DNA of 64,000 bases, taken from contig JAEOUE010000209.1 in the NCBI GenBank assembly GCA_016839515.1, forward strand, positions 9,326 through 73,325, read 5' to 3'. The notes under the pieces are model-generated. The model was not told the DNA's origin. It ran no database searches and worked only from the letters and a program-made list of their open reading frames with translations. A program made the translations under genes and the position numbers. Numbering within the stretch: the stretch's first letter is position 1; each line of letters begins with the position of its first letter. Positions 37,718 to 48,523 of the stretch are shown here, one piece after another. This stretch comes from Candidatus Hodarchaeum mangrovi. Lineage in GTDB: Archaea; Asgardarchaeota; Heimdallarchaeia; Hodarchaeales; Hodarchaeaceae.

Positions 37718-39520
37718 CTAGACAGCCCAATATTTATTAACGGTACGTTTCTTTATTTCGATTAATTCAGTCAAAGCATCCATTTCAGTCCCTGAAATCA
37801 TTTTTTCTGCAATCATTCTTCTCACATCAGGTTCAGGAACATCAACCCAAAGTTCATCCCCTTCTTTTATTTGACGTCCAGCAGTAGGCCCTTTTATACT
37901 CATTGCAACTTGATCGCCTACTTTAGCTTCTTGTATATTTATTCCTTTGTCTTGTATCTGTAGTATAAGTCCAATTCTCTTGTTCTCCCTATTTATTAGG
38001 TACATTTGTGGTGTAAGTAATCCTGAAGCGATTTCCACTCCTATAATGCAAGGATTAGATTGATGAAACACATATGGAAGAACTTTTATCTTAGCAGGGC
38101 GTTTAAGATCTTTCAACGCTTCTTTTTGTAACCGTTCTTGAATAGATAATCTGAAATTATCATATTCTTCTCCTAAACGATAAATAATATCATCTTGAAT
38201 TACAGGAATATGGATTCGTTTTGCTTCTTCACTTGCATCTTGTAAAAGTTTGATACGAAATCCAAGAATAATTCCATAAGCCTCATTTTTTTCTTTTGAT
38301 AATGAAGCCTGATAAACATCTTTTTTGCTAATGTCACCTACTGAAGCAAATCTAATTTGGATATTAGAATCTTTTAAAAAATTGACAAGAGCTTCTAGTG
38401 ATCCTAAGGTATCAGCTTTTACAATAACACCTGCTTTATCGGTTTCTATCAATATGCTAGCTAGTTCATCTTTGATATGCTGAATCGCTTCCTCTTCAGT
38501 ATTTTCATCTACAACATAAAGAGATGACCCTGCAATTGCTTCATCTATATTAGGTGCGACAATTTTGACACCAATAGCAGCTACTGCTTGATCAACATGA
38601 GTAAATCTATTTCTTGGGTCTCGAATTTCATCTAACTCTTTAGGAAGAAGAATGGCTCTAATATAGGTGGAAATGGGGCCATTTGCTCCAGCAATCACAA
38701 TTTTAGAGTTTTGATGAATTATGCCATCAAAAAGTATTACATCTAAAGTTGTTCCAAGACCTATTTCTTTCTTAACCTCTAAAACAACTCCTTTTCCTTT
38801 TGTAAGATGTAATTGAAGTTGTTGTTTTAAATATTGTTCAGTTAGAGTAGAAAGTACTAAAAAAAGTTCAGGAATGCCTTCACCAGTTATTGCTGATGTA
38901 GGAATCACTGCTATATGTTTTGCAAATGATTTTATCTTGTCGAATCTCTCAGCTTGGAGTTTAAAATGACTCAATTCCCCCATAATATCATATATCACAT
39001 TTTGTAATGCTTCTTGGGCCATTGATGATTGTTTAGAGATAGATCGCGAAAGAAGTTCATTAGGATAACTTTTCCAGCCAGATAAGCGGTCAATTTTATT
39101 TGCAGCTATTACAAAAGGGACTTTTTGCTTTACGAGGATACGGAGTGACTCTACTGTTTGAGGTTGTATTCCTCTTCTTACATCAATAACTAAAATAGCA
39201 AAATTAGCTACACTTGCTCCTCTTTGCCTTAAATTCATAAATGAAGAATGACCAGGAGTATCAATTATCAAAATTCCAGGGATTTGTAATTTCTTTTGAC
39301 TCTTACTTATAAGGGTACTACATAATGAATATACAGTTTCAATTGGAAAAAAACTAGCTCCTATATGTTGTGTTATTCCTCCTGACTCTCGTGATTGAAC
39401 AGCTGTTCCTCGAACTTTATCAAGTAAACTAGTTTTTCCTGAATCTACATGACCTAATATGACAGTTATTGGACTCCTCATATGAACATTCTTTACCTCT
39501 TCATCTGTCATTAATTTCAC
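37718..39520 (-). CDS. infB: Translation initiation factor aIF5B (IF-2)
   Basis: RSPI..LGHVDSGKT, GGITQHIGA, DTPGH, KADTLGSLEA. Confidence 0.97.
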   Translation of the reverse strand: MKLMTDEEVKNVHMRSPITVILGHVDSGKTSLLDKVRGTAVQSRESGGITQHIGASFFPIETVYSLCSTLISKSQKKLQIPGILIIDTPGHSSFMNLRQRGASVANFAILVIDVRRGIQPQTVESLRILVKQKVPFVIAANKIDRLSGWKSYPNELLSRSISKQSSMAQEALQNVIYDIMGELSHFKLQAERFDKIKSFAKHIAVIPTSAITGEGIPELFLVLSTLTEQYLKQQLQLHLTKGKGVVLEVKKEIGLGTTLDVILFDGIIHQNSKIVIAGANGPISTYIRAILLPKELDEIRDPRNRFTHVDQAVAAIGVKIVAPNIDEAIAGSSLYVVDENTEEEAIQHIKDELASILIETDKAGVIVKADTLGSLEALVNFLKDSNIQIRFASVGDISKKDVYQASLSKEKNEAYGIILGFRIKLLQDASEEAKRIHIPVIQDDIIYRLGEEYDNFRLSIQERLQKEALKDLKRPAKIKVLPYVFHQSNPCIIGVEIASGLLTPQMYLINRENKRIGLILQIQDKGINIQEAKVGDQVAMSIKGPTAGRQIKEGDELWVDVPEPDVRRMIAEKMISGTEMDALTELIEIKKRTVNKYWAV

Positions 39521-39816
39521 CAGCCTATCAAAATATATTATTCTTGATTTTCTTTTAATTTAATACAATTAAAAGTTATTAACAAACTAAGTACCAAAAT
39601 CCATGAAAAACATGACATTTATAATTTAGAAATGAGTAATCTTTCCAGATTAATCTGTTATAAGTAATTTATCCCTAATTTTATGGAAATTAGATTTTAT
39701 TGAATTACCTTCCTCTTTATTCAATGAAAGAGAAAAAAAAAATATATCATCCATAAATGATATTTTTAAAGGAAAATTATCAATACTTTAAGGCATAAAA
39801 GGAGATTCATTTTTTA

Positions 39817-40230
39817 TTGAGACGTGATAATTCTCATTACTTTGTTTATCCCGAATATTTTGACCAATCTCTCACTCGTAAAGAAGGAAGACGTCTTCCG
39901 CTTTCATTGGCAATCGAAAATCCTACTCTTATTGAAATAAAACTCGCTGCAGAAAAGATGGATTATAAATATGAATTAAAAAAAGATTCAGCTTATCCAA
40001 GACAATGGTGGAATCCTAAGGGCTTAATTTTGATCGAAAATAAGGAACCAAAACAACAACTCCTTATTAACATAGGAAAGACAGTTAAAAATATCATCCG
40101 ACCTGCTTTAGAGAAACAGAAAAAGGAAATTATAAAAGAAGCGAAAAAACCAAAAATTAGACCTCATGTAATAACAAAACCCAAATCAGGTCACGAATCT
40201 ACGGAATTTAGGCCAAAACGACGCCGGTAA
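39817..40230 (+). CDS. srp19: SRP19
   Basis: VYPEYFD...RKEGRRLP...P..AYPR.WW. Confidence 0.93.
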   Translation: MRRDNSHYFVYPEYFDQSLTRKEGRRLPLSLAIENPTLIEIKLAAEKMDYKYELKKDSAYPRQWWNPKGLILIENKEPKQQLLINIGKTVKNIIRPALEKQKKEIIKEAKKPKIRPHVITKPKSGHESTEFRPKRRR

Positions 40231-40254
40231 TCCTATTAATTATACTCAAATAGA

Positions 40255-40905
40255 GTGAGACAGAACGTGAGAAAAAAAAGGGATATTTTCACAAAGAAAG
40301 CGAAAAAAGAGGGATATCGAAGTCGTGCAGTCTATAAACTCCAGGCATTGGATACAAAATTTAAAATATTTTCTAAGAATCAGATAATTATCGATTTATG
40401 TGGAGCTCCTGGAGGATTTTCTCAAGTTGCTCGTGATAGAACCAATGGTTGCGCATCTATTTTTCTTGTTGATCTAGCTCGTGTAAAACCTTTTCCTGGA
40501 ATTACGGGAATTATAAAAGGTGACATTACTAAATTCTCCACAATTCAAGAATTACAATCTCAAGTATCTAATTTTAATCCAGAAATAAAGGAGATTGTTG
40601 TCCTAGCTGATTGTTCACCCGATGTTTCAGGGAGCTGGGAAATTGATCATGCACGTCAAATTTGGTTAACAGAGGTAGCTTTAGGTATATCGAATTATTT
40701 CTGTGCAAAGAAATTTGTTACAAAAATTTTCCAAGGAGAATTGTCAAAGAGTCTTTTAGACAAAATTAAATTATTTTTTGAAAATGTTTCAATCTATAAA
40801 CCACCAACTTCCCGTAAACAAAGTGCAGAAACATACATTGTAGCTGTACGAGGTAAGAAAATACTTAAGGAACTATACCAGATTGAATTTCTTGTCAAAG
40901 AATAA
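40255..40905 (+). CDS. rlmE: 23S rRNA Um2552 methyltransferase RlmE/FtsJ
   Basis: YRSRAVYKL, DLCGAPGGFSQ, D..P, KIFQG, SRKQSAETY. Confidence 0.93.
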   Translation: MRQNVRKKRDIFTKKAKKEGYRSRAVYKLQALDTKFKIFSKNQIIIDLCGAPGGFSQVARDRTNGCASIFLVDLARVKPFPGITGIIKGDITKFSTIQELQSQVSNFNPEIKEIVVLADCSPDVSGSWEIDHARQIWLTEVALGISNYFCAKKFVTKIFQGELSKSLLDKIKLFFENVSIYKPPTSRKQSAETYIVAVRGKKILKELYQIEFLVKE

Positions 40906-40914
40906 ACTCTTAAA

Positions 40915-42105
40915 TTGGGAAATCAAATGGAACTTATTCACATTGAAGAGGGGAGAAGAGAATATTTAGTTCCAGTCTCATCGATAAAAGGTAATGCTCC
41001 AAACAAGTCAGATGAAGTATTTTTTAATTCTTATCAGGAAATAAATCGCGATATATCTATTTTAATGCTTCGTGCATACCAAATTATTCACGCTGTTGAT
41101 TCTATAAAAATTTGTGAACCTTTATGTGGAATAGGAGTTCGTAGTTGTCGATACAATCAAGAAATCCTAAACTCAAATCTATTTAGTAATGATTTAAATC
41201 CCAAAGCACTGGCTATATTTCAGCAAAATATCTCCCTATTACCTCAAAAATCCCGAAAATCAATTCAGTTATTTAATATGGAGGCAAATCAATTCCTTCA
41301 GCACTTAAATCAAGAAAGAGAGATTTTTGATTATATAGACATTGACCCATATGGAAGTCCTATTCCTTTTGTTCAAAATGCTATTAAAATATTAAATTTC
41401 AAGGGTTTAATTGCTTTAACTGCAACTGATCTAGCTAATTTAGCTGGAGTTTATCCTAAAGCACTATATGCAAAATATGGATTAAGTCATTTTGACATCC
41501 GAATAGGAAATATTCACGAAATTGCTGCCAGAGCTCTCATTGCAGGAATTCAACGTATAGCATTAATTCACAATCAAACATTAATACCAATCTTAACCTT
41601 CTACCATAGACATTTTATTCGTGTCTTTTTTGTTCGATATAGAGGAGTTAAAAAGATTATATCGGAAACTGGATTTATTATACAATGCAAAAAATGTCAC
41701 ACAATCTATTCTTCAACCATCGGAAAAATCAATACCTGTTCAAGTTGTAACTCCACAGATAGTTATAGTATAGGCCCAATTTATCTTGGATTACTCCACG
41801 ATGCAAATTATATTACTAAAATTTTAAATGATCCACATCTATCAAACTTAGGAACTAATTATCTCTTAAAAAAACTGATTAAACGAATTGAAGAAGAAAT
41901 TCAAATTCCAGTTCCTTGGTCATTCCATATACCTAATATTGCGGATCAAATTAATTCACGATTGCCACCTATTACTCAAATAATGAATTTATTAAAAAAT
42001 AAAGGTTTTAGATGTAGTAGAACTCATTTTTCTGGATCTTCAATTAAAACTACAGCACCTTTATCGGAGATTATCACTATATTAAAGGACTATAATTACA
42101 AATAA
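40915..42105 (+). CDS. trm1: tRNA G26 N2,N2-dimethyltransferase Trm1
   Basis: VFFN..QEINRD, GIGVRS.RY, IDIDPYGSP, TATD, RTHFS..SIKTTAP. Confidence 0.94.
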   Translation: MGNQMELIHIEEGRREYLVPVSSIKGNAPNKSDEVFFNSYQEINRDISILMLRAYQIIHAVDSIKICEPLCGIGVRSCRYNQEILNSNLFSNDLNPKALAIFQQNISLLPQKSRKSIQLFNMEANQFLQHLNQEREIFDYIDIDPYGSPIPFVQNAIKILNFKGLIALTATDLANLAGVYPKALYAKYGLSHFDIRIGNIHEIAARALIAGIQRIALIHNQTLIPILTFYHRHFIRVFFVRYRGVKKIISETGFIIQCKKCHTIYSSTIGKINTCSSCNSTDSYSIGPIYLGLLHDANYITKILNDPHLSNLGTNYLLKKLIKRIEEEIQIPVPWSFHIPNIADQINSRLPPITQIMNLLKNKGFRCSRTHFSGSSIKTTAPLSEIITILKDYNYK

Positions 42106-42137
42106 ATACTAAAAATATTTTAAAGTAAAATTTAATA

Positions 42138-42244
42138 TAGGGATGGCGGGATTTGAACCCACGATCGCCTGATCCCAAATCAGGAATCATTTAGTCCTTG
42201 AACTTTACAAAAATTCAAGTAAAACCAAGCTAGACTACATCCCT
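42138..42244 (-). tRNA. tRNA-Pro(TGG) with ~30-nt intron in the D-loop (~42191-42220)
   Basis: AGGGATG/CATCCCT acceptor, CCTGA-TTTGGGA-TCAGG anticodon arm, T arm; D-loop interrupted by a 10-bp hairpin flanked by BHB-like bulges. Confidence 0.88.
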
Positions 42245-42334
42245 TATGTTTGATGGTGTTATTATTTACAAAAAAATGTTTCTATTTTGTTAAATAACCT
42301 TTTTTAATGAATACATTTCTCTGTAAACTTCAAG

Positions 42335-44497
42335 TTAAGTTTTTTGTAGTTCCATCAACAATTCATTAGTGAGAACCTTTGGATCGGGTATATTTATTCG
42401 ATTCACAAATAATTCTTGTTGATTCATAGTTTCCCCTAGATATTCTTGAGTTTGGATTTGAACCCGTCCTTGAATTAAAACTGTTTTTCCTTCTACTTCT
42501 TTCTGGACAGCTTCAAAGATTTGATCTTCCGATGATCCTTTTTCTAATAATACTTTAAGACTTTTATTTGACATTCCTGTAATTATCTCAGCAGATATTC
42601 CAAAAAATGTGACCCGAATTGTCCCAGTACCATCGTCAAGTATTCCTGTTAGCCTCATACGTAATTGTGTTTCAGTCTTTCCATGTTGAGGGCAGTACCA
42701 ACCATCGGATTTGTTTTCAGCTTTCTTCCAACATTCCCCACATGAGTAATAATACGGAGTAGTTTGAAAAACACGTACCATTTTCCCTATAACTTCTATT
42801 AAAGTTCCATCCTCTGATTCAGATAGTTCTGATAATTGCTTTTTAATATAATTAAATTCTCCTATAACCGATTTTTTAATTTCAGAGTCTTTATCTCCTT
42901 GATTACCGAGTTCTATGTTACGAAGTGAAACAGGTATTCTTGAAGAAGATCGAATATGACTGAGGTGTGTTAAATGTAATTCAATTCCCTCATTTTGTTC
43001 TCTTACTCTTCCAAAGAAAATTTTAACATATTTCAAATCTTTTTCTCTAATATTTTCTAATTTTTCTACATTTTCATCCCACGCAACAATACGAAGCTCA
43101 TCACTAGTATCTTGAATCGTCATTGATGCTACTTTACCTGTGGATCCATCAGTACGATTGAATTCCCTTATCTCACTTATTTCTAAAACAACTCCTTGAA
43201 CAGCTACTAGATTAAATTGGGATGTTAAATCTTGAATATCTATAAGAGGAGGTTCATCACCTATTGTGGAAGTATCTAATTGATTAAATTCAGTAAAATT
43301 AGTTGTATGGACTTCTAGGTTCTGATATCGGGAAATAATGACCTTTAAACCTTTAATTTCAATTGGACCATCATCAAGCGAATCAAAAGATACAATCTTA
43401 TCTCCCCAAATCACTAAAGGGATTATTCCTGTTTCATCAAATATTAAAGCTCTTTTTAATGTGCCTTGGGTTCCATCTGCTCGTTTAAATTCCTTTTCTT
43501 CTTCAACTGGCCCTTTTCGAGAAACTAATGTAACTAATTCATCTCTATCACTTAATTCTTTTATTTTTTTTATCACAGGAGTTTGATAACTAAGATCTTC
43601 TTGTATTATTCTTTTCTCTTCAATTTCAGGTAAAACTTCATGTCCTTCTTTAGTTATAGATGTTGTTCTAGTAGCATGAAGCTCAGGATTACCATCTCTA
43701 TTGATACTTACTCTTGCTCCTTGAATAAGTACCTTATCTCCCCTTAAAAAATCAAATGGTGTTTCTGATCGACTATCCCAGAAAGCCATTCTTATGAGCT
43801 TTGCTTTTCCTTTCAAAGTTACATTTGTCACTGATCCTTGAGTATTATCTTTTCTATTAAAAACTCTTCGTGTTCCAATTTTAACAACTATTCCTCGTGT
43901 ATCTATTTCCTCCATTTCATTATCTAATTTATCTAGTTCTACAATTTCATCCTCTGGGTCTGGAAATTTTGAGTTGTCAATTTCTGTATCAATTTCGAGT
44001 AATCCACGATCCCCTAAATGCACCTCTAACTGTCCATTCCTTCCCATTCTTGTATAAGCTTGTTTAATAGTAATAATAGTTCCACGTTCTACTCTTTTAT
44101 CTGTAATGTAACGAGACATATTCCCCCACAACAGAACTTTAATTCTATCAGTCCCATCATGTAACATGATTGGTGTAAATATTCCTTTATTTCCCTCACG
44201 TTGAAATTCAAATGGATTATAAACCCGAAATACTACCCCTGTTATATTAATTCCAGTTAGACCTGCATCCATACTCTTTAATTTTTTTATTGTTAAGGAT
44301 GGGGCTTTTTTTAGTTCAGGTTTTTTTAAGGGTACACCCAAATCTTTAGCTAAGATATGAATTGCTGCTATATCATTTACAAAGAGTAATTCCTTCTTTT
44401 TCTCCTCAATCATTTTTATAATATCTGCACGAGACAAATTTGTTTGCTGAATTACCCTTTGAATTAAGTCCTCAACATTACTCATTTTCAACACCAT
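42335..44497 (-). CDS. rpa1: Replication protein A large subunit (multi-OB fold + Zn finger)
   Basis: Repeated DxTG.I...W OB motifs; CGEC...CPQH Zn finger; DDGTG. Confidence 0.9.
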   Translation of the reverse strand: MVLKMSNVEDLIQRVIQQTNLSRADIIKMIEEKKKELLFVNDIAAIHILAKDLGVPLKKPELKKAPSLTIKKLKSMDAGLTGINITGVVFRVYNPFEFQREGNKGIFTPIMLHDGTDRIKVLLWGNMSRYITDKRVERGTIITIKQAYTRMGRNGQLEVHLGDRGLLEIDTEIDNSKFPDPEDEIVELDKLDNEMEEIDTRGIVVKIGTRRVFNRKDNTQGSVTNVTLKGKAKLIRMAFWDSRSETPFDFLRGDKVLIQGARVSINRDGNPELHATRTTSITKEGHEVLPEIEEKRIIQEDLSYQTPVIKKIKELSDRDELVTLVSRKGPVEEEKEFKRADGTQGTLKRALIFDETGIIPLVIWGDKIVSFDSLDDGPIEIKGLKVIISRYQNLEVHTTNFTEFNQLDTSTIGDEPPLIDIQDLTSQFNLVAVQGVVLEISEIREFNRTDGSTGKVASMTIQDTSDELRIVAWDENVEKLENIREKDLKYVKIFFGRVREQNEGIELHLTHLSHIRSSSRIPVSLRNIELGNQGDKDSEIKKSVIGEFNYIKKQLSELSESEDGTLIEVIGKMVRVFQTTPYYYSCGECWKKAENKSDGWYCPQHGKTETQLRMRLTGILDDGTGTIRVTFFGISAEIITGMSNKSLKVLLEKGSSEDQIFEAVQKEVEGKTVLIQGRVQIQTQEYLGETMNQQELFVNRINIPDPKVLTNELLMELQKT

Positions 44498-44631
44498 GTG
44501 ATCTAAACATAATCGATATTTTGCTTTTTCAAAGTTTCTGGATTATAATTCATTTTAAGAAATTATTAGAATATTGTCCATTTACTTTATATAATCATAA
44601 TTTTAATTTTATCACTATAACTAAAAAATTT

Positions 44632-45240
44632 TTAGTCCCATTGTTGGTATTTCTTCCCTAAAATATCTATAACACTTTTTTTAATGTCTTTCTTTAACAA
44701 GGAACACCCTTGTTTTGTTTTCAAAGAAATTTCATACAACCTCGTTTCTGGAAGATGATATTTTTCCATAATGATTAAATTTTCATTTTGTTGTTGTTCA
44801 GAAACTTTGTCAGCCTTATTAAAAACAATAAAAGGAGAAGTTCTTGTCACTTCAGCTAAAAAAGTAATCATTTCAATATCGATTGGGATTATTCCCTTCT
44901 TTTCTAGACTTTCAACCATCTTATAAAATGTAGAGCTATCGATAATATGAACTGGAAAAAGTATTTTCCCTGGAGGTTTTTCTAAAAATAGAATAATGTC
45001 ATCTTTTATTTGATTTTCCTCTTTCTTAGATCTTTTCATTATTCTACCAAAACCAGGGAAATCTACTAAGTGAAGATTCCTTACCAATGGAATAGGAGAA
45101 ATTCTGACCGTAGTTCCTGCATATTTCCCAATAGATTGCTTTGAATGACTTAAATAATTGATTAATGAGCTTTTACCCGAATTAGGCCTGCCTGTTATTG
45201 TAATAAAGTAATTATTTTTCATAATCATACAGCAAAACAC
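44632..45240 (-). CDS. engB: EngB/YihA-like GTPase
   Basis: GRPNSGKSS, GTT, DFPGFG, NKADK. Confidence 0.85.
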   Translation of the reverse strand: MFCCMIMKNNYFITITGRPNSGKSSLINYLSHSKQSIGKYAGTTVRISPIPLVRNLHLVDFPGFGRIMKRSKKEENQIKDDIILFLEKPPGKILFPVHIIDSSTFYKMVESLEKKGIIPIDIEMITFLAEVTRTSPFIVFNKADKVSEQQQNENLIIMEKYHLPETRLYEISLKTKQGCSLLKKDIKKSVIDILGKKYQQWD

Positions 45241-45860
45241 AATGTAAGCAAGAAACCTGTTACAAGGGGTACAGTTACATTATCATTAAGAATACCTTTA
45301 GAGATTAGCTCAGTTAAAGCAGCAATAATAGAGACTCCTAAAATAATTACAATCACTTGAAAATCATGAATATTTTCTTTAATCCTAAAGATCTTAAACC
45401 AAGGATACGGATCTGGATTAAAAGAAACTAAAAAGAAAACTAGGACTCCACTAAGAAAAGCGAATACAATAAAGGTAAGAAAGCCTTCAAAACTTCTATT
45501 ATTTAATCTTGTGAATCGATGTCGACCATATCGTGATCCTATTACATTTGCTAAACCGTCACCAAATGCCATCATTGCAAAAACTGTTGCTGCAACACGA
45601 AGATCAAGAAAAATAAAAGAAATTAATGCCATTATAACATAGAGTAATGGGCCTTTTAGAAAACCTGCTTTTTTTTCATCCTCTCTGGATGCCATGGAGT
45701 CAAATGCGACTTTCCACACTTTGGGACGAGCTAAAATCAAGACGAAAAATAGGGCAGCTAATATCACCAGGATAGCAAGTACTCTAGGAAATACTACCAT
45801 AGCAATTGTCCAAAATCCCATTGAAATATGTACAATTTTTCTTTTAGTCTCTTGATCCAT
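45225..45860 (-). CDS. Dolichol/phytol kinase family (CTP-dependent polyprenol kinase)
   Basis: RKIVHI, GDGLA..IG, RSFEG, DNVTVP; multi-TM. Confidence 0.88.
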   Translation of the reverse strand: MDQETKRKIVHISMGFWTIAMVVFPRVLAILVILAALFFVLILARPKVWKVAFDSMASREDEKKAGFLKGPLLYVIMALISFIFLDLRVAATVFAMMAFGDGLANVIGSRYGRHRFTRLNNRSFEGFLTFIVFAFLSGVLVFFLVSFNPDPYPWFKIFRIKENIHDFQVIVIILGVSIIAALTELISKGILNDNVTVPLVTGFLLTLCFAV

Positions 45861-45897
45861 TATTTTTACCCAATTAATTTCGGAATCTTTTAGATGA

Positions 45898-46149
45898 CTA
45901 ATTATTGCCCTCAGCTGCTTCAAGAAGCTCGTCCAACCAATCTCCGAACACATCGACTTTTTCTTCTATAGGACGAATCGGGCGTGTAGCTTGAGCACTA
46001 CATTTGCCGCATTGAATTACCGCAATCCGAATTTTACGATCTATATCGATATGTATCGAGTTCGCCCCCCCACATATTGGGCAATCAAATACTGTAGGTA
46101 ATGTTGGGATTGGTCTTGTTCTTACAATTCTTTTTCTTTTTCTTCCCAC
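45898..46149 (-). CDS. elf1: Transcription elongation factor Elf1
   Basis: MGRKR..LPTVFDCPICG...CGKC...VDVFGDWLD. Confidence 0.92.
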   Translation of the reverse strand: MGRKRKRIVRTRPIPTLPTVFDCPICGGANSIHIDIDRKIRIAVIQCGKCSAQATRPIRPIEEKVDVFGDWLDELLEAAEGNN

Positions 46150-46161
46150 AATGCATTCCTT

Positions 46162-47319
46162 CTATTTCTTTCCTCTTGGACTCTTTCTTTGCATCTGTTG
46201 GAATCTTCTTTTCCGTTTGGAAACTTTTTCTGCTCCTGTTAATTCCGGAGATTCTTTTTCTTCAATTATGGGAGTTTTTGATAATACTTGTTCAACTTTT
46301 ATAATTTTCGTTTTTCTTCCAGAACCTATAGTATAAAAAATAGATCCAAAGGCTGTTAAAAGAATGGCTGCCCCAAATAATACCACAATTGCTAATATTA
46401 CTTGTTCTGTTAAGATCAAAGGTAGTTCTGCTTCAACAGTGACTTCAGCTAGCCATGAAAAAATATTTTTCCAAAGTAAGGAGTTATCAGCTGACTGATA
46501 CCATGTTTTTTCAAGTGAAGTGTCATTTAAATCACTAAACATAATACTGGATCCACCAAGTAGTATATGTGCTCCATAATCTGACTCACCTGAAGTACCA
46601 AAAATAACTATATTTGAAGCGTATGAATGAATTTCATCAAATACTGTCTTAGCATAGGCTTGGGAAGGAGCTCTAATGATATTTTCTCTTGAATTTCTTA
46701 AAGAACATGTATAAGTTATTATAGAAGATATATTATTGTTATTTTCATATAATATCTCATGATCAGAGCTATTTATACTTATAACAAGAAAATTACGCTT
46801 ACCAGCGTTAACAAATTCATTTTCTACTACATCAGGTCTTTTAAACGAAGTTAAATCTTCAGTTCGTGTCCAGAATCGACTCACTGTTTCTAACTCTGGA
46901 TCACTTAGGACATCGTTAAATAAATCTCCACGACCATTGAGAGTGGAATTTTCTTCAACTAAGGGATTAGAGAGAAATAGGAGGGATTTCCCTCGTTTTA
47001 AAAATTCACTTATGTAATATCGTTCTGTAGACGTGAAAGACAATCCAGGATTTGTTGAGACAAATATGTCCACTCCATCAAATGTTGTTTTATTTATCCT
47101 CTGTGAGTTAAATATTACGTGTACATCTGATGAATTAATATCACTAATAGCAGTTCTATAATAACTCCGATTAAAAAACTGTTTATGAGCTTCATCAAAT
47201 AATACTATTATTTCGCGTTCTTCAATCGAGTTATTAGCTGATACATTAATTATTGCACTGCCAATAAACATAAGAAATAAGAAGATATAAAAAACAATAT
47301 ATTTAATTTTAGTAGACAT
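46162..47319 (-). CDS. Membrane-anchored GIFT (GldG/IFT52-like) domain protein
   Basis: Signal peptide, VLFDEAH, NP..SFT..E, GSSIMFSD, N..LW.NI..WL, C-terminal TM plus basic tail. Confidence 0.65.
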   Translation of the reverse strand: MSTKIKYIVFYIFLFLMFIGSAIINVSANNSIEEREIIVLFDEAHKQFFNRSYYRTAISDINSSDVHVIFNSQRINKTTFDGVDIFVSTNPGLSFTSTERYYISEFLKRGKSLLFLSNPLVEENSTLNGRGDLFNDVLSDPELETVSRFWTRTEDLTSFKRPDVVENEFVNAGKRNFLVISINSSDHEILYENNNNISSIITYTCSLRNSRENIIRAPSQAYAKTVFDEIHSYASNIVIFGTSGESDYGAHILLGGSSIMFSDLNDTSLEKTWYQSADNSLLWKNIFSWLAEVTVEAELPLILTEQVILAIVVLFGAAILLTAFGSIFYTIGSGRKTKIIKVEQVLSKTPIIEEKESPELTGAEKVSKRKRRFQQMQRKSPRGKK

Positions 47320-47568
47320 TGAGCGATCCTCGATTTTTCTAACTAGTGATTTAGTCGAGTTAATTAATTAAATTACTGAATTTTCAAAAAAGAGGGAAAC
47401 AATGATAATCTTTTTTGTCTTTTCTTCTTAGAAATTCTCTCTCTAATTAACCAATAATAACTAAAAATCAGAATAAAATCGTTAGCATAAGAGTTATAAC
47501 GATTCAAAGATTAAATTAAAACCTTTAAAATCTTTATAATCTGATATAAAATTAGTGGAGAATTAATA

Positions 47569-48015
47569 ATGGTTACTGCACAAATGGTTCCTAGTAAGCT
47601 CCTTATTGAGGCTATTTCAGAGGAAATTAAAGAAAAAAATGAAATTTTTACCCCTCCTAAATGGGCAGACTATGTTAAATTAAGTGTTACTAAAGATAAT
47701 GCCCCAGAACAACGAAAAGATTGGTGGTATGTTCGTGTAGCTTCAATACTTAGAAAAATCTACATGAAAGGGCCTATAGGGATCATTCATCTAAGAAAGA
47801 TGTATGGTGGTCGTAAAAACCGTGGAAGCAAACCTGAGAAGACGTTTGGTGGTTCAGGTGCTATTATACGACACGCTATCCATCAGCTAGAGAAAGCAGG
47901 ATATGTTACACTTGTAGCGGGAGAAGGAAGAATTGTGACTCCAGAAGGAAGAAGTTTTGTAGATGCAATTGCATTTAAAATAAAAGAAGATTTTCCTGAA
48001 CTTGCAATATACTAG
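47569..48015 (+). CDS. rps19e: 30S ribosomal protein eS19
   Basis: PKWADYVK, WWYVRVASILRK, YGGRKNRG. Confidence 0.97.
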   Translation: MVTAQMVPSKLLIEAISEEIKEKNEIFTPPKWADYVKLSVTKDNAPEQRKDWWYVRVASILRKIYMKGPIGIIHLRKMYGGRKNRGSKPEKTFGGSGAIIRHAIHQLEKAGYVTLVAGEGRIVTPEGRSFVDAIAFKIKEDFPELAIY

Positions 48016-48179
48016 GTGATTTTTATTTCCTAGTTTTCTATAGGAATTGAAAAATGAGCAAAAACCTTTTTATTATAAAAACCAAAAATCAAATGATTGT
48101 AGATTTAAACTTATAAGATTTTATAATCCTAAAGTTTTAGGAAGTATAATGGGATATCATTTATGGAGAGTTTATCCAA

Positions 48180-48521
48180 TTGGCTGAAGAAGACCCAGAA
48201 CTTGCTGAACTCAGAAAAAAAAGAGCTGCACAACTCCAAGGAGATCAAATTGCTCAAGCGCAGCAAGAAGAACAACAACGCCAGATCGAACAACAACGTC
48301 AACTTATATTAAAAGGTATATTGACAAATGAAGCCCGAGAAAGGCTTGCGAATATTAAATTGGCAAAACCCGAATATGCAACAACATTAGAAAATCAATT
48401 GATTCAATTGGCCTCAACTAGAAGAATTTCAGAAAAAATCACTGATGCTCAATTGAAGAATCTGTTAAAACAGCTTATACAAACACAGCGAGAAAGTACT
48501 ATCACATTTAAACGACGTTAA
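48180..48521 (+). CDS. PDCD5-like DNA-binding protein
   Basis: ILTNEARERLANIKLAKPE, ITDAQLK. Confidence 0.93.
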   Translation: MAEEDPELAELRKKRAAQLQGDQIAQAQQEEQQRQIEQQRQLILKGILTNEARERLANIKLAKPEYATTLENQLIQLASTRRISEKITDAQLKNLLKQLIQTQRESTITFKRR

Positions 48522-48523
48522 AT

